Positions 1-12,990 of a stretch of DNA of 64,000 nucleotides are shown piece after piece. The notes below the pieces were generated by a model that was not told the DNA's origin, made no database searches, and saw only the letters and a list, made by a program, of their open reading frames with translations. The stretch is from Euprymna scolopes (taxonomy: Eukaryota). The position numbers and the translations under genes are program-made. Location: NCBI GenBank assembly GCA_053919585.1, contig CM132790.1; one strand, 5' to 3'. Positions within the stretch are counted from its first letter, which is position 1. Every line of letters begins with the position of its first letter.

Positions 1-3000
1 AAAAGGCCAGTCATTTATAACAGTCTGGACATCAGACAATGTAGTAGCTGGCTTGATTAATCTGTTTATACAAACATGACTTTATGATTTCAAACCCTTG
101 GTCCGAGGAACTCCTATAAATAAAAGGCCAGTCATTTATAACAGTCTGGACATCAGACAATGTAGTAGCTGGCTTGATTAATCTGTTTATACAACCATGA
201 CTTTATGATTTCCAACCCTTGGTCCGAGGAACTCCTATAAATAAAAGGCCAGTCATTTATAACAGTCTGGACATCAGACAATGTAGTAGCTGGCTTGATT
301 AATCTATTTATACAAACATGACTTTATGATTTCCAACCCTTGGTCCGAGGAACTCCTATAAATAAAAGGCCAGTCATTTATAACAGTCTGGACATCAGAC
401 AATGTAGTAGCTGGCTTGATTAATCTGTTTATACAAACATGACTTTATGATTTCCAACCCTTGGTCCGAGGAACTCCTATAAATAAAAGGCCAGTCATTT
501 ATAACAGTCTGGACATCAGACAATGTAGTAGCTGGCTTGATTAATCTGTTTATACAACCATGACTTTATGATTTCCAACCCTTGGTCCGAGGAACTCCTA
601 TAAATAAAAGGCCAGTCATTTATAACAGTCTGGACATCAGACAATGTAGTAGCTGGCTTGATTAATCTATTTATACAAACATGACTTTATGATTTCCAAC
701 CCTTGGTCCGAGGAACTCCTATAAATAAAAGGCCAGTCATTTATAACAGTCTGGACATCAGACAATGTAGTAGCTGGCTTGATTAATCTGTTTATACAAC
801 CATGACTTTATGATTTCCAACCCTTGGTCCGAGGAACTCCTATAAATAAAAGGCCAGTCATTTATAACAGTCTGGACATCAGACAATGTAGTAGCTGGCT
901 TGATTAATCTGTTTATACAAACATGACTTTATGATTTCCAACCCTTGGTCCGAGGAACTCCTATAAATAAAAGGCCAGTCATTTATAACAGTCTGGACAT
1001 CAGACAATGTAGTAGCTGGCTTGATTAATCTGTTTATACAACCATGACTTTATGATTTCCAACCCTTGGTCCGAGGAACTCCTATAAATAAAAGGCCAGT
1101 CATTTATAACAGTCTGGACATCAGACAATGTAGTAGCTGGCTTGATTAATCTATTTATACAAACATGACTTTATGATTTCCAACCCTTGGTCCGAGGAAC
1201 TCCTATAAATAAAAGGCCAGTCATTTATAACAGTCTGGACATCAGACAATGTAGTAGCTGGCTTGATTAATCTGTTTATACAACCATGACTTTATGATTT
1301 CCAACCCTTGGTCCGAGGAACTCCTATAAATAAAAGGCCAGTCATTTATAACAGTCTGGACATCAGACAATGTAGTAGCTGGCTTGATTAATCTGTTTAT
1401 ACAAACATGACTTTATGATTTCCAACCCTTGGTCCGAGGAACTCCTATAAATAAAAGGCCAGTCATTTATAACAGTCTGGACATCAGACAATGTAGTAGC
1501 TGGCTTGATTAATCTGTTTATACAAACATGACTTTATGATTTCCAACCCTTGGTCCGAGGAACTCCTATAAATAAAAGGCCAGTCATTTATAACAGTCTG
1601 GACATCAGACAATGTAGTAGCTGGCTTGATTAATCTGTTTATACAACCATGACTTTATGATTTCCAACCCTTGGTCCGAGGAACTCCTATAAATAAAAGG
1701 CCAGTCATTTATAACAGTCTGGACATCAGACAATGTAGTAGCTGGCTTGATTAATCTATTTATACAAACATGACTTTATGATTTCCAACCCTTGGTCCGA
1801 GGAACTCCTATAAATAAAAGGCCAGTCATTTATAACAGTCTGGACATCAGACAATGTAGTAGCTGGCTTGATTAATCTGTTTATACAAACATGACTTTAT
1901 GATTTCCAACCCTTGGTCCGAGGAACTCCTATAAATAAAAGGCCAGTCATTTATAACAGTCTGGACATCAGACAATGTAGTAGCTGGCTTGATTAATCTG
2001 TTTATACAACCATGACTTTATGATTTCCAACCCTTGGTCCGAGGAACTCCTATAAATAAAAGGCCAGTCATTTATAACAGTCTGGACATCAGACAATGTA
2101 GTAGCTGGCTTGATTAATCTGTTTATACAACCATGACTTTATGATTTCCAACCCTTGGTCCGAGGAACTCCTATAAATAAAAGGCCAGTCATTTATAACA
2201 GTCTGGACATCAGACAATGTAGTAGCTGGCTTCATTAATCTGTTTATACAACCATGACTTTATGATTTCCAACCCTTGGTCCGAGGAACTCCTATAAATA
2301 AAAGGCCAGTCATTTATAACAGTCTGGACATCAGACAATGTAGTAGCTGGCTTGATTAATCTGTTTATACAAACATGACTTTATGATTTCCAACCCTTGG
2401 TCCGAGGAACTCCTATAAATAAAAGGCCAGTCATTTATAACAGTCTGGACATCAGACAATGTAGTAGCTGGCTTGATTAATCTGTTTATACAACCATGAC
2501 TTTATGATTTCCAACCCTTGGTCCGAGGAACTCCTATAAATAAAAGGCCAGTCATTTATAACAGTCTGGACATCAGACAATGTAGTAGCTGGCTTGATTA
2601 ATCTGTTTATACAACCATGACTTTATGATTTCCAACCCTTGGTCCGAGGAACTCCTATAAATAAAAGGCCAGTCATTTATAACAGTCTGGACATCAGACA
2701 ATGTAGTAGCTGGCTTGATTAATCTGTTTATACAACCATGACTTTATGATTTCCAACCCTTGGTCCGAGGAACTCCTATAAATAAAAGGCCAGTCATTTA
2801 TAACAGTCTGGACATCAGACAATGTAGTAGCTGGCTTGATTAATCTGTTTATACAACCATGACTTTATGATTTCCAACCCTTGGTCCGAGGAACTCCTAT
2901 AAATAAAAGGCCAGTCATTTATAACAGTCTGGACATCAGACAATGTAGTAGCTGGCTTGATTAATCTGTTTATACAAACATGACTTTATGATTTCCAACC

Positions 3001-6000
3001 CTTGGTCCGAGGAACTCCTATAAATAAAAGGCCAGTCATTTATAACAGTCTGGACATCAGACAATGTAGTAGCTGGCTTGATTAATCTGTTTATACAACC
3101 ATGACTTTATGATTTCCAACCCTTGGTCCGAGGAACTCCTATAAATAAAAGGCCAGTCATTTATAACAGTCTGGACATCAGACAATGTAGTAGCTGGCTT
3201 GATTAATCTGTTTATACAAACATGACTTTATGATTTCCAACCCTTGGTCCGAGGAACTCCTATAAATAAAAGGCCAGTCATTTATAACAGTCTGGACATC
3301 AGACAATGTAGTAGCTGGCTTGATTAATCTGTTTATACAAACATGACTTTATGATTTCCAACCCTTGGTCCGAGGAACTCCTATAAATAAAAGGCCAGTC
3401 ATTTATAACAGTCTGGACATCAGACAATGTAGTAGCTGGCTTGATTAATCTGTTTATACAAACATGACTTTATGATTTCTAACCCTTTGTCCGAGGAACT
3501 CCTATAAATAAAAGGCCAGTCATTTATAACAGTCTGGACATCAGACAATGTAGTAGCTGGCTTGATTAATCTGTTTATACAAACATGACTTTATGATTTC
3601 CAACCCTTGGTCCGAGGAACTCCTATAAATAAAAGGCCAGTCATTTATAACAGTCTGGACATCAGACAATGTAGTAGCTGGCTTGATTAATCTGTTTATA
3701 CAAACATGACTTTATGATTTCCAACCCTTGGTCCGAGGAACTCCTATAAATAAAAGGCCAGTCATTTATAACAGTCTGGACATCAGACAATGTAGTAGCT
3801 GGCTTGATTAATCTGTTTATACAAACATGACTTTATGATTTCCAACCCTTGGTCCGAGGAACTCCTATAAATAAAAGGCCAGTCATTTATAACAGTCTGG
3901 ACATCAGACAATGTAGTAGCTGGCTTGATTAATCTGTTTATACAACCATGACTTTATGATTTCCAACCCTTGGTCCGAGGAACTCCTATAAATAAAAGGC
4001 CAGTCATTTATAACAGTCTGGACATCAGACAATGTAGTAGCTGGCTTGATTAATCTGTTTATACAACCATGACTTTATGATTTCCAACCCTTGGTCCGAG
4101 GAACTCCTATAAATAAAAGGCCAGTCATTTATAACAGTCTGGACATCAGACAATGTAGTAGCTGGCTTGATTAATCTGTTTATACAACCATGACTTTATG
4201 ATTTCCAACCCTTGGTCCTGAGGAACTCCTATAAATAAAAGGCCAGTCATTTATAACAGTCTGGACATCAGACAATGTAGTAGCTGGCTTGATTAATCTG
4301 TTTATACAAACATGACTTTATGATTTCCAACCCTTGGTCCGAGGAACTCCTATAAATAAAAGGCCAGTCATTTATAACAGTCTGGACATCAGACAATGTA
4401 GTAGCTGGCTTGATTAATCTGTTTATACAACCATGACTTTATGATTTCCAACCCTTGGTCCGAGGAACTCCTATAAATAAAAGGCCAGTCATTTATAACA
4501 GTCTGGACATCAGACAATGTAGTAGCTGGCTTGATTAATCTGTTTATACAACCATGACTTTATGATTTCCAACCCTTGGTCCGAGGAACTCCTATAAATA
4601 AAAGGCGAGTCATTTATAACAGTCTGGACATCAGACAATGTAGTAGCTGGCTTGATTAATCTGTTTATACAACCATGACTTTATGATTTCCAACCCTTGG
4701 TCCGAGGAACTCCTATAAATAAAAGGCCAGTCATTTATAACAGTCTGGACATCAGACAATGTAGTAGCTGGCTTGATTAATCTGTTTATACAACCATGAC
4801 TTTATGATTTCGAACCCTTGGTCCGAGGAACTCCTATAAATAAAAGGCCAGTCATTTATAACAGTCTGGACATCAGACAATGTAGTAGCTGGCTTGATTA
4901 ATCTGTTTATACAACCATGACTTTATGATTTCCAACCCTTGGTCCGAGGAACTCCTATAAATAAAAGGCCAGTCATTTATAACAGTCTGGACATCAGACA
5001 ATGTAGTAGCTGGCTTGATTAATCTGTTTATACAACCATGACTTTATGATTTCCAACCCTTGGTCCGAGGAACTCCTATAAATAAAAGGCCAGTCATTTA
5101 TAACAGTCTGGACATCAGACAATGTAGTAGCTGGCTTGATTAATCTGTTTATACAACCATGACTTTATGATTTCCAACCCTTGGTCCGAGGAACTCCTAT
5201 AAATAAAAGGCCAGTCATTTATAACAGTCTGGACATCAGACAATGTAGTAGCTGGCTTGATTAATCTGTTTATACAACCATGACTTTATGATTTCCAACC
5301 CTTGGTCTGAGGAACTCCTATAAATAAAAGGCCAGTCATTTATAACAGTCTGGACATCAGACAATGTAGTAGCTGGCTTGATTAATCTGTTTATACAAAC
5401 ATGACTTTATGATTTCCAACCCTTGGTCCGAGGAACTCCTATAAATAAAAGGCCAGTCATTTATAACAGTCTGGACATCAGACAATGTAGTAGCTGGCTT
5501 GATTAATCTGTTTATACAACCATGACTTTATGATTTCCAACCCTTGGTCCGAAGAACTCCTATAAATAAAAGGCCAGTCATTTATAACAGTCTGGACATC
5601 AGACAATGTAGTAGCTGGCTTGATTAATCTGTTTATACAACCATGACTTTATGATTTCCAACCCTTGGTCCGAGGAACTCCTATAAATAAAAGGCCAGTC
5701 ATTTATAACAGTCTGGACATCAGACAATGTAGTAGCTGGCTTGATTAATCTGTTTATACAACCATGACTTTATGATTTCCAACCCTTGGTCTGAGGAACT
5801 CCTATAAATAAAAGGCCAGTCATTTATAACAGTCTGGACATCAGACAATGTAGTAGCTGGCTTGATTAATCTGTTTATACAAACATGACTTTATGATTTC
5901 CAACCCTTGGTCCGAGGAACTCCTATAAATAAAAGGCCAGTCATTTATAACAGTCTGGACATCAGACAATGTAGTAGCTGGCTTGATTAATCTGTTTATA

Positions 6001-9000
6001 CAACCATGACTTTATGATTTCCAACCCTTGGTCCGAGGAACTCCTATAAATAAAAGGCCAGTCATTTATAACAGTCTGGACATCAGACAATGTAGTAGCT
6101 GGCTTGATTAATCTGTTTATACAACCATGACTTTATGATTTCCAACCCTTGGTCTGAGGAACTCCTATAAATAAAAGGCCAGTCATTTATAACAGTCTGG
6201 ACATCAGACAATGTAGTAGCTGGCTTGATTAATCTGTTTATACAACCATGACTTTATGATTTCCAACCCTTGGTCCGAGGAACTCCTATAAATAAAAGGC
6301 CAGTCATTTATAACAGTCTGGACATCAGACAATGTAGTAGCTGGCTTGATTAATCTGTTTATACAACCATGACTTTATGATTTCCAACCCTTGGTCTGAG
6401 GAACTCCTATAAATAAAAGGCCAGTCATTTATAACAGTCTGGACATCAGACAATGTAGTAGCTGGCTTGATTAATCTGTTTATACAAACATGACTTTATG
6501 ATTTCCAACCCTTGGTCCGAGGAACTCCTATAAATAAAAGGCCAGTCATTTATAACAGTCTGGACATCAGACAATGTAGTAGCTGGCTTGATTAATCTGT
6601 TTATACAACCATGACTTTATGATTTCGAACCCTTGGTCCGAGGAACTCCTATAAATAAAAGGCCAGTCATTTATAACAGTCTGGACATCAGACAATGTAG
6701 TAGCTGGCTTGATTAATCTGTTTATACAAACATGACTTTATGATTTCCAACCCTTGGTCCGAGGAACTCTTATAAATAAAAGGCCAGTCATTTATAACAG
6801 TCTGGACATCAGACAATGTAGTAGCTGGCTTGATTAATCTGTTTATACAACCATGACTTTATGATTTCCAACCCTTGGTCCGAGGAACTCCTATAAATAA
6901 AAGGCCAGTCATTTATAACAGTCTGGACATCAGACAATGGCTTGATTAATCTGTTTATACAAACATGACTTTATGATTTCCAACCCTTGGTCCGAGGAAC
7001 TCCTATAAATAAAAGGCCAGTCATTTATAACAGTCTGGACATCAGACAATGGCTTGATTAATCTGTTTATACAAACATGACTTTATGATTTCCAACCCTT
7101 GGTCCGAGGAACTCCTATAAATAAAAGGCCAGTCATTTATAACAGTCTGGACATCAGACAATGGCTTGATTAATCTGTTTATACAACCATGACTTTATGA
7201 TTTCCAACCCTTGGTCTGAGGAACTCCTATAAATAAAAGGCCAGTCATTTATAACAGTCTGGACATCAGACAATGTAGTAGCTGGCTTGATTAATCTGTT
7301 TATACAAACATGACTTTATGATTTCCAACCCTTGGTCCGAGGAACTCCTATAAATAAAAGGCCAGTCATTTATAACAGTCTGGACATCAGACAATGTAGT
7401 AGCTGGCTTGATTAATCTGTTTATACAACCATGACTTTATGATTTCGAACCCTTGGTCTGAGGAACTCCTATAAATAAAAGGCCAGTCATTTATAACAGT
7501 CTGGACATCAGACAATGTAGTAGCTGGCTTGATTAATCTGTTTATACAAACATGACTTTATGATTTCCAACCCTTGGTCCGAGGAACTCCTATAAATAAA
7601 AGGCCAGTCATTTATAACAGTCTGGACATCAGACAATGTAGTAGCTGGCTTGATTAATCTGTTTATACAACCATGACTTTATGATTTCCAACCCTTGGTC
7701 CGAGGAACTCCTATAAATAAAAGGCCAGTCATTTATAACAGTCTGGACATCAGACAATGGCTTGATTAATCTGTTTATACAAACATGACTTTATGATTTC
7801 CAACCCTTGGTCCGAGGAACTCCTATAAATAAAAGGCCAGTCATTTATAACAGTCTGGACATCAGACAATGGCTTGATTAATCTGTTTATACAAACATGA
7901 CTTTATGATTTCCAACCCTTGGTCCGAGGAACTCCTATAAATAAAAGGCCAGTCATTTATAACAGTCTGGACATCAGACAATGTAGTAGCTGGCTTGATT
8001 AATCTGTTTATACAAACATGACTTTATGATTTCCAACCCTTGGTCCGAGGAACTCCTATAAATAAAAGGCCAGTCATTTATAACAGTCTGGACATCAGAC
8101 AATGTAGTAGCTGGCTTGATTAATCTGTTTATACAAACATGACTTTATGATTTCCAACCCTTGGTCCGAGGAACTCCTATAAATAAAAGGCCAGTCATTT
8201 ATAACAGTCTGGACATCAGACAATGTAGTAGCTGGCTTGATTAATCTGTTTATACAAACATGACTTTATGATTTCCAACCCTTGGTCCGAGGAACTCCTA
8301 TAAATAAAAGGCCAGTCATTTATAACAGTCTGGACATCAGACAATGTAGTAGCTGGCTTGATTAATCTGTTTATACAACCATGACTTTATGATTTCCAAC
8401 CCTTGGTCCGAGGAACTCCTATAAATAAAAGGCCAGTCATTTATAACAGTCTGGACATCAGACAATGTAGTAGCTGGCTTGATTAATCTGTTTATACAAA
8501 CATGACTTCATGATTTCCAACCCTTGGTCCGAGGAACTCCTATAAATAAAAGGCCAGTCATTTATAACAGTCTGGACATCAGACAATGTAGTAGCTGGCT
8601 TGATTAATCTGTTTATACAACCATGACTTTATGATTTCCAACCCTTGGTCCGAGGAACTCCTATAAATAAAAGGCCAGTCATTTATAACAGTCTGGACAT
8701 CAGACAATGTAGTAGCTGGCTTGATTTATCTGTTTATACAACGATGACTTTATGATTTCCAACCCTTGGTCTGAGGAACTCCTATAAATAAAAGGCCAGT
8801 CATTTATAACAGTCTAGACATCAGACAATGTAGTAGCTGGCTTGATTAATCTGTTTATACAACCATGACTTTATGGTTCCCAACCCTTGGTCCGAGGAAC
8901 TCCTATAAATAAAAGGCCAGTCATTTATAACAGTCTGGACATCAGACAATGTAGTAGCTGGCTTGATTAATCTGTTTATACAACCATGACTTTATGATTT

Positions 9001-9960
9001 CCAACCCTTGGTCCGAGGAACTCCTATAAATAAAAGGCCAGTCATTTATAACAGTCTGGACATCAGACAATGTAGTAGCTGGCTTGATTAATCTGTTTAT
9101 ACAAACATGACTTTATGATTTCCAACCCTTGGTCCGAGGAACTCCTATAAATAAAAGGCCAGTCATTTATAACAGTCTGGACATCAGACAATGTAGTAGC
9201 TGGCTTGATTAATCTGTTTATACAACCATGACTTTATGATTTCCAACCCTTGGTCCGAGGAACTCCTATAAATAAAAGGCCAGTCATTTATAACAGTCTG
9301 GACATCAGACAATGTAGTAGCTGGCTTGATTAATCTGTTTATACAACCATGACTTTATGATTTCCAACCCTTGGTCCGAGGAACTCCTATAAATAAAAGG
9401 CCAGTCATTTATAACAGTCTTGACATCAGACAATGTATTAGCTGGCTTGATTAATCTGTTTATACAACCATGACTTTATGATTTCCAACCCTTGGTCCGA
9501 GGAACTCCTATAAATAAAAGGCCAGTCATTTATAACAGTCTTGACATCAGACAATGTATTAGCTGGCTTGATTAATCTGTTTATACAACCATGACTTTAT
9601 GATTTCCAACCCTTGGTCCGAGGAACTCCTATAAATAAAAGGCCAGTCATTTATAACAGTCTGGACATCAGACAATGTAGTAGCTGGCTTGATTAATCTG
9701 TTTATACAACCATGACTTTATGATTTCCAACCCTTGGTCCGAGGAACTCCTATAAATAAAAGGCCAGTCATTTATAACAGTCTTGACATCAGACAATGTA
9801 TTAGCTGGCTTGATTAATCTGTTTATACAACCATGACTTTATGATTTCCAACCCTTGGTCCGAGGAACTCCTATAAATAAAAGGCCAGTCATTTATAACA
9901 GTCTGGACATCAGACAATGTAGTAGCTGGCTTGATTAATCTGTTTATACAACCAGGACTT
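1..9960. repeat. 121-bp tandem satellite, ~82 monomers, runs off the left edge
   Basis: AAAAGGCCAGTC recurs at 1, 122, 243... Units are near-identical, with a recurring ACAAACATG/ACAACCATG dimorphism and five 112-bp units (9-bp deletion) at 6899, 7011, 7123, 7719 and 7831. Confidence 0.99.
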
Positions 9961-10152
9961 TGTAGTTCTAATGAGCCTCTCCCAAACACTTCCATACCCA
10001 GAAGAGTACAAGGGTATTTTAACATGTTCTATTTCACATGTCCCAAATCTTTCCTTGTATGCACTGGAGGTAAAAGCTTCATGTATCACACTGCACCCTG
10101 CAACAAATGACTTTGCATTGTCACTGTAGATGTGCGAGGGTATGCCGTATGT
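9840..10152 (-). pseudogene. Bel/Pao integrase core fragment, 3' of the LINE insertion; source of the satellite monomer
   Basis: Minus-strand translation YGIPSHIYSDNAKSF...YGSVWERLIRTTKSWLYKQI, then after a frameshift TTLSDVQTVINDWPFIYRSSSDQGLEII. This matches the Bel/Pao integrase pattern GxPxxIYSDNxxxF...GGxWERLxRxxK...TxLxExExxxNxRPL. Confidence 0.9.
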
Positions 10153-12990
10153 CTGATAGGTTAAGGGCACCGGTTTGACAATTTGGCTGCTGTATTCCGA
10201 CGGACAGTACAGAAGCCCTAACTCTTTGGTAGCACTGAGAACAACTGCTCCATCATCACTTGTATTATATCGGGATGATTGTAGTGCCATGTTGCGCATG
10301 GAAAGGGACCCTGCATCCATCTCCGGTGGGCTTTCCCAAGGCCACAATTCTGCAGATGAAGATGCGCTGATGGTCTAATTGTGTTGCATGTTTGATATTC
10401 TACACAATTCTACACAACTACTTTGTTCAGTACCTCTCACTCTAAAACTGACACTTTTAAATGAAATAAAATGACACTTCAATAAAAAATTATGATTAAA
10501 CCAAGTGCAAACTCAAACAAAACTAATTCGCTTCTCCCCTTGAGGCTTGCATATTGAATATCCACAGGTTTAGAACTAATTTGGATGCTGTTGAATCATT
10601 TCTCCTAACAAACTCCTCGGATATCTTAGTGCTAAATGAAACTAACCTATGCTCCTTCATCCCCTACAACCACTTTAACATGCCTATCTCCCACTTTGCC
10701 GTAAGGACTTAGACATATGCACGGACTTGAAGTGTATATTCGAAACACTCTTGACTAGAGAATCAAAACTAGAATCAGATGACCAGATCTTCATGTGCTT
10801 TAGACTTGTAACATAGCGTTAGCTACTTATATTTTCTCTACAGGTCTCCCTCGACCCAAGACTGCATCCTAATCGACCAAGTCTCTGACGGCATAGATAC
10901 AGCACTCTCCCTTGATATTAGCACACAAGTACATGTATTTGGTGACTTTACTGTCCACTACAGTAATTGGCTTGGTTTTTATACAGATGCAGCTGGTAGT
11001 ATGACATATAACTTCTCTATAACTCATTCCCCATCAGAGACAGTTACGTTTTCGACCTATCTCCCAGATCAACAAGATCAACAAGCCTCACTTCTTGATC
11101 TATTTCTGACCACAGTTCTCGAGGATTGTGTAAGAATGCCCATAGCCCACTCGGGAATGCTGATAACGTTGCGATAATGATAGAAATCACTTTAACTCTC
11201 GACCTAAAGCTGAAGCTTAAAACAACAAGATACTCTAAGAAAGCAGACTGAGCAGCCATCAGAGATTTCATCAGAGATGGCTCATGGGGAAGTATCTGTT
11301 CTCTTCCTGCAGAAAAAATGAGACCACCAAATGGTTCAAAGCGGCAATTGAAGCACATGTTCTCACAATGGAAGTTCTATAGCAAACCCACTCTCCCCAA
11401 TATTTTACTTCTACTTGCACAGCTGTCATTGCTCAAAGGCAACATGCATACTACAGATTTATCCGGCATAAGTCCAGTACAAACAGACAAAAGTTAATAG
11501 AAGCTGGAAGTAATTGCAAAGAAGGAAATCATGACAGGTAAGGGGGAATACACCAAAACCACCAGAAAATGCATTGAAATGCAGAAATTAAGAACTCGTG
11601 ATTTCTAGAAAATCTACAACAGTGTAGTGCATAATGGGCAATCTACAATTCCCCCACTATTCAACAATCATGAGATTGCTTGCATGGCAACTGAGAAGGC
11701 TAACATGTTTGCCAGTCAGTTTGTCTCAAACTCTACAGTGGACCCAGCAAACCACTCCCTCCCTGATTTTCCTTTGCGGAGAGAAACCACTTTTAGGCAA
11801 GCCCTTTCTATTGCAGATATCCTAACTGTAATCTCTGAACATATTTACCATACACTGGATAAAGCAGGAGAAGGTAGGGCAGTAGCCCTAGATATATCCA
11901 AAGCTTTTGACAGGGTATGGCATGAGGGTCTTCTCAGGAAAATCAGATCCTACGGTATTACTGGATGATAATTTAATTAAATCCTTCTTCAGTAAGAGAA
12001 GAATCCAGGTTGTCCTTGATGGACGTACGTCAGATCAATATGATATAAATGCAGATGTACCTCAAGGGTCGATCCTTGGACTTATTATTCCTGATATTCA
12101 TAATTGACTTCTCTGATAAAATAGTTTCTGAGATGAGGATATTTGCTGATGACACCACACTCCATAGTAGGTGCAAGGGGAAAACAAATGAACTAAGATA
12201 ATAGCAGAAACCCTAGAAGAAGACCTCCAATCTGTAGTAGAATGGAGACAAAAATGGATGGTGACATTGAATGCTACCAAGACCAAGCCTATTTCCTTCA
12301 ATAATTACAAGAAACCTTCTCTACCAATAATAACTATGGCTAATGATACATTACCTGAAAGTATTTCTTTCAAATTCCTCGGCTTAATGTTTAGAGGGAA
12401 CATGAATTTGAACAGATACATTGAAGAAGGAGACATTGCTGCGAAGAAGGTGGGCTCTCTCTACTGTGCTAGAAAGTTACTTACGCATGAAAGTATCCTG
12501 TACCTCTACCAGGCCACCATTCGCCCATGTATAGGGTAGTGTTGTCACATTTGGGCTGGTGCATCTGCTACTGGACTCTCACTCCTGGACAGGGTTCAAA
12601 AGAGTCGCCAACCCAATAGGTCCTGAACTAGGTTTTGGCCTCTGTCCCATTGATGAAATGTTGCATCCCTCTGCCTATTTTACAAGTATTTTTATGGCAT
12701 ATGCTCCGATGAACTACAAGTCCTTGTACCCCCTCGACATAAATACTCCCAATAAACCTGACAAGCAGCAAAATCCCACCTCTTCACAGTAGAAATCCCC
12801 AGATGACAGAAAGCCGCCTACTCTAATAGTTTCTTTTCCAGAACTGCTAAATTTTGGAATTCCTTTGGTGTAAGCAGACATCTTAATGCTCAGCTCCCTA
12901 CACAATATTCCTGCAATCATGGCCCAGATAGTAGCCCCCTACATCAAATTGGCACCCTTGTTTGGGGTGAAAATGCAATTTAAAAAAAAA
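10153..12990 (+). mobile_element. Decayed CR1/L2-group (Zenon-like) LINE, endonuclease + RT, inserted into the Pao integrase
   Basis: APE motifs (NIH.FRTNLDAVESFL...DILVLNETNL, VFGDF) ~10530-10950; RT motifs ALDISKAFDRVWH, VPQGSILG, FADD, CCHIWAG; poly(A) 12981-12990; ATGT duplicated at 10149-10152 and 12991-12994; internal deletion near 11790; many frameshifts. Confidence 0.88.

Noticed and set aside
1-9960. 121-bp unit as a 5S rDNA array or CRISPR array
   Set aside because: The length match to 5S is coincidental: no 5S sequence, no unique spacers, and the unit translates as integrase.
9910-10347. 145-aa ORF as a novel integrase fusion gene
   Set aside because: Accidental read-through from antisense LINE leader into the integrase fragment at the insertion junction.
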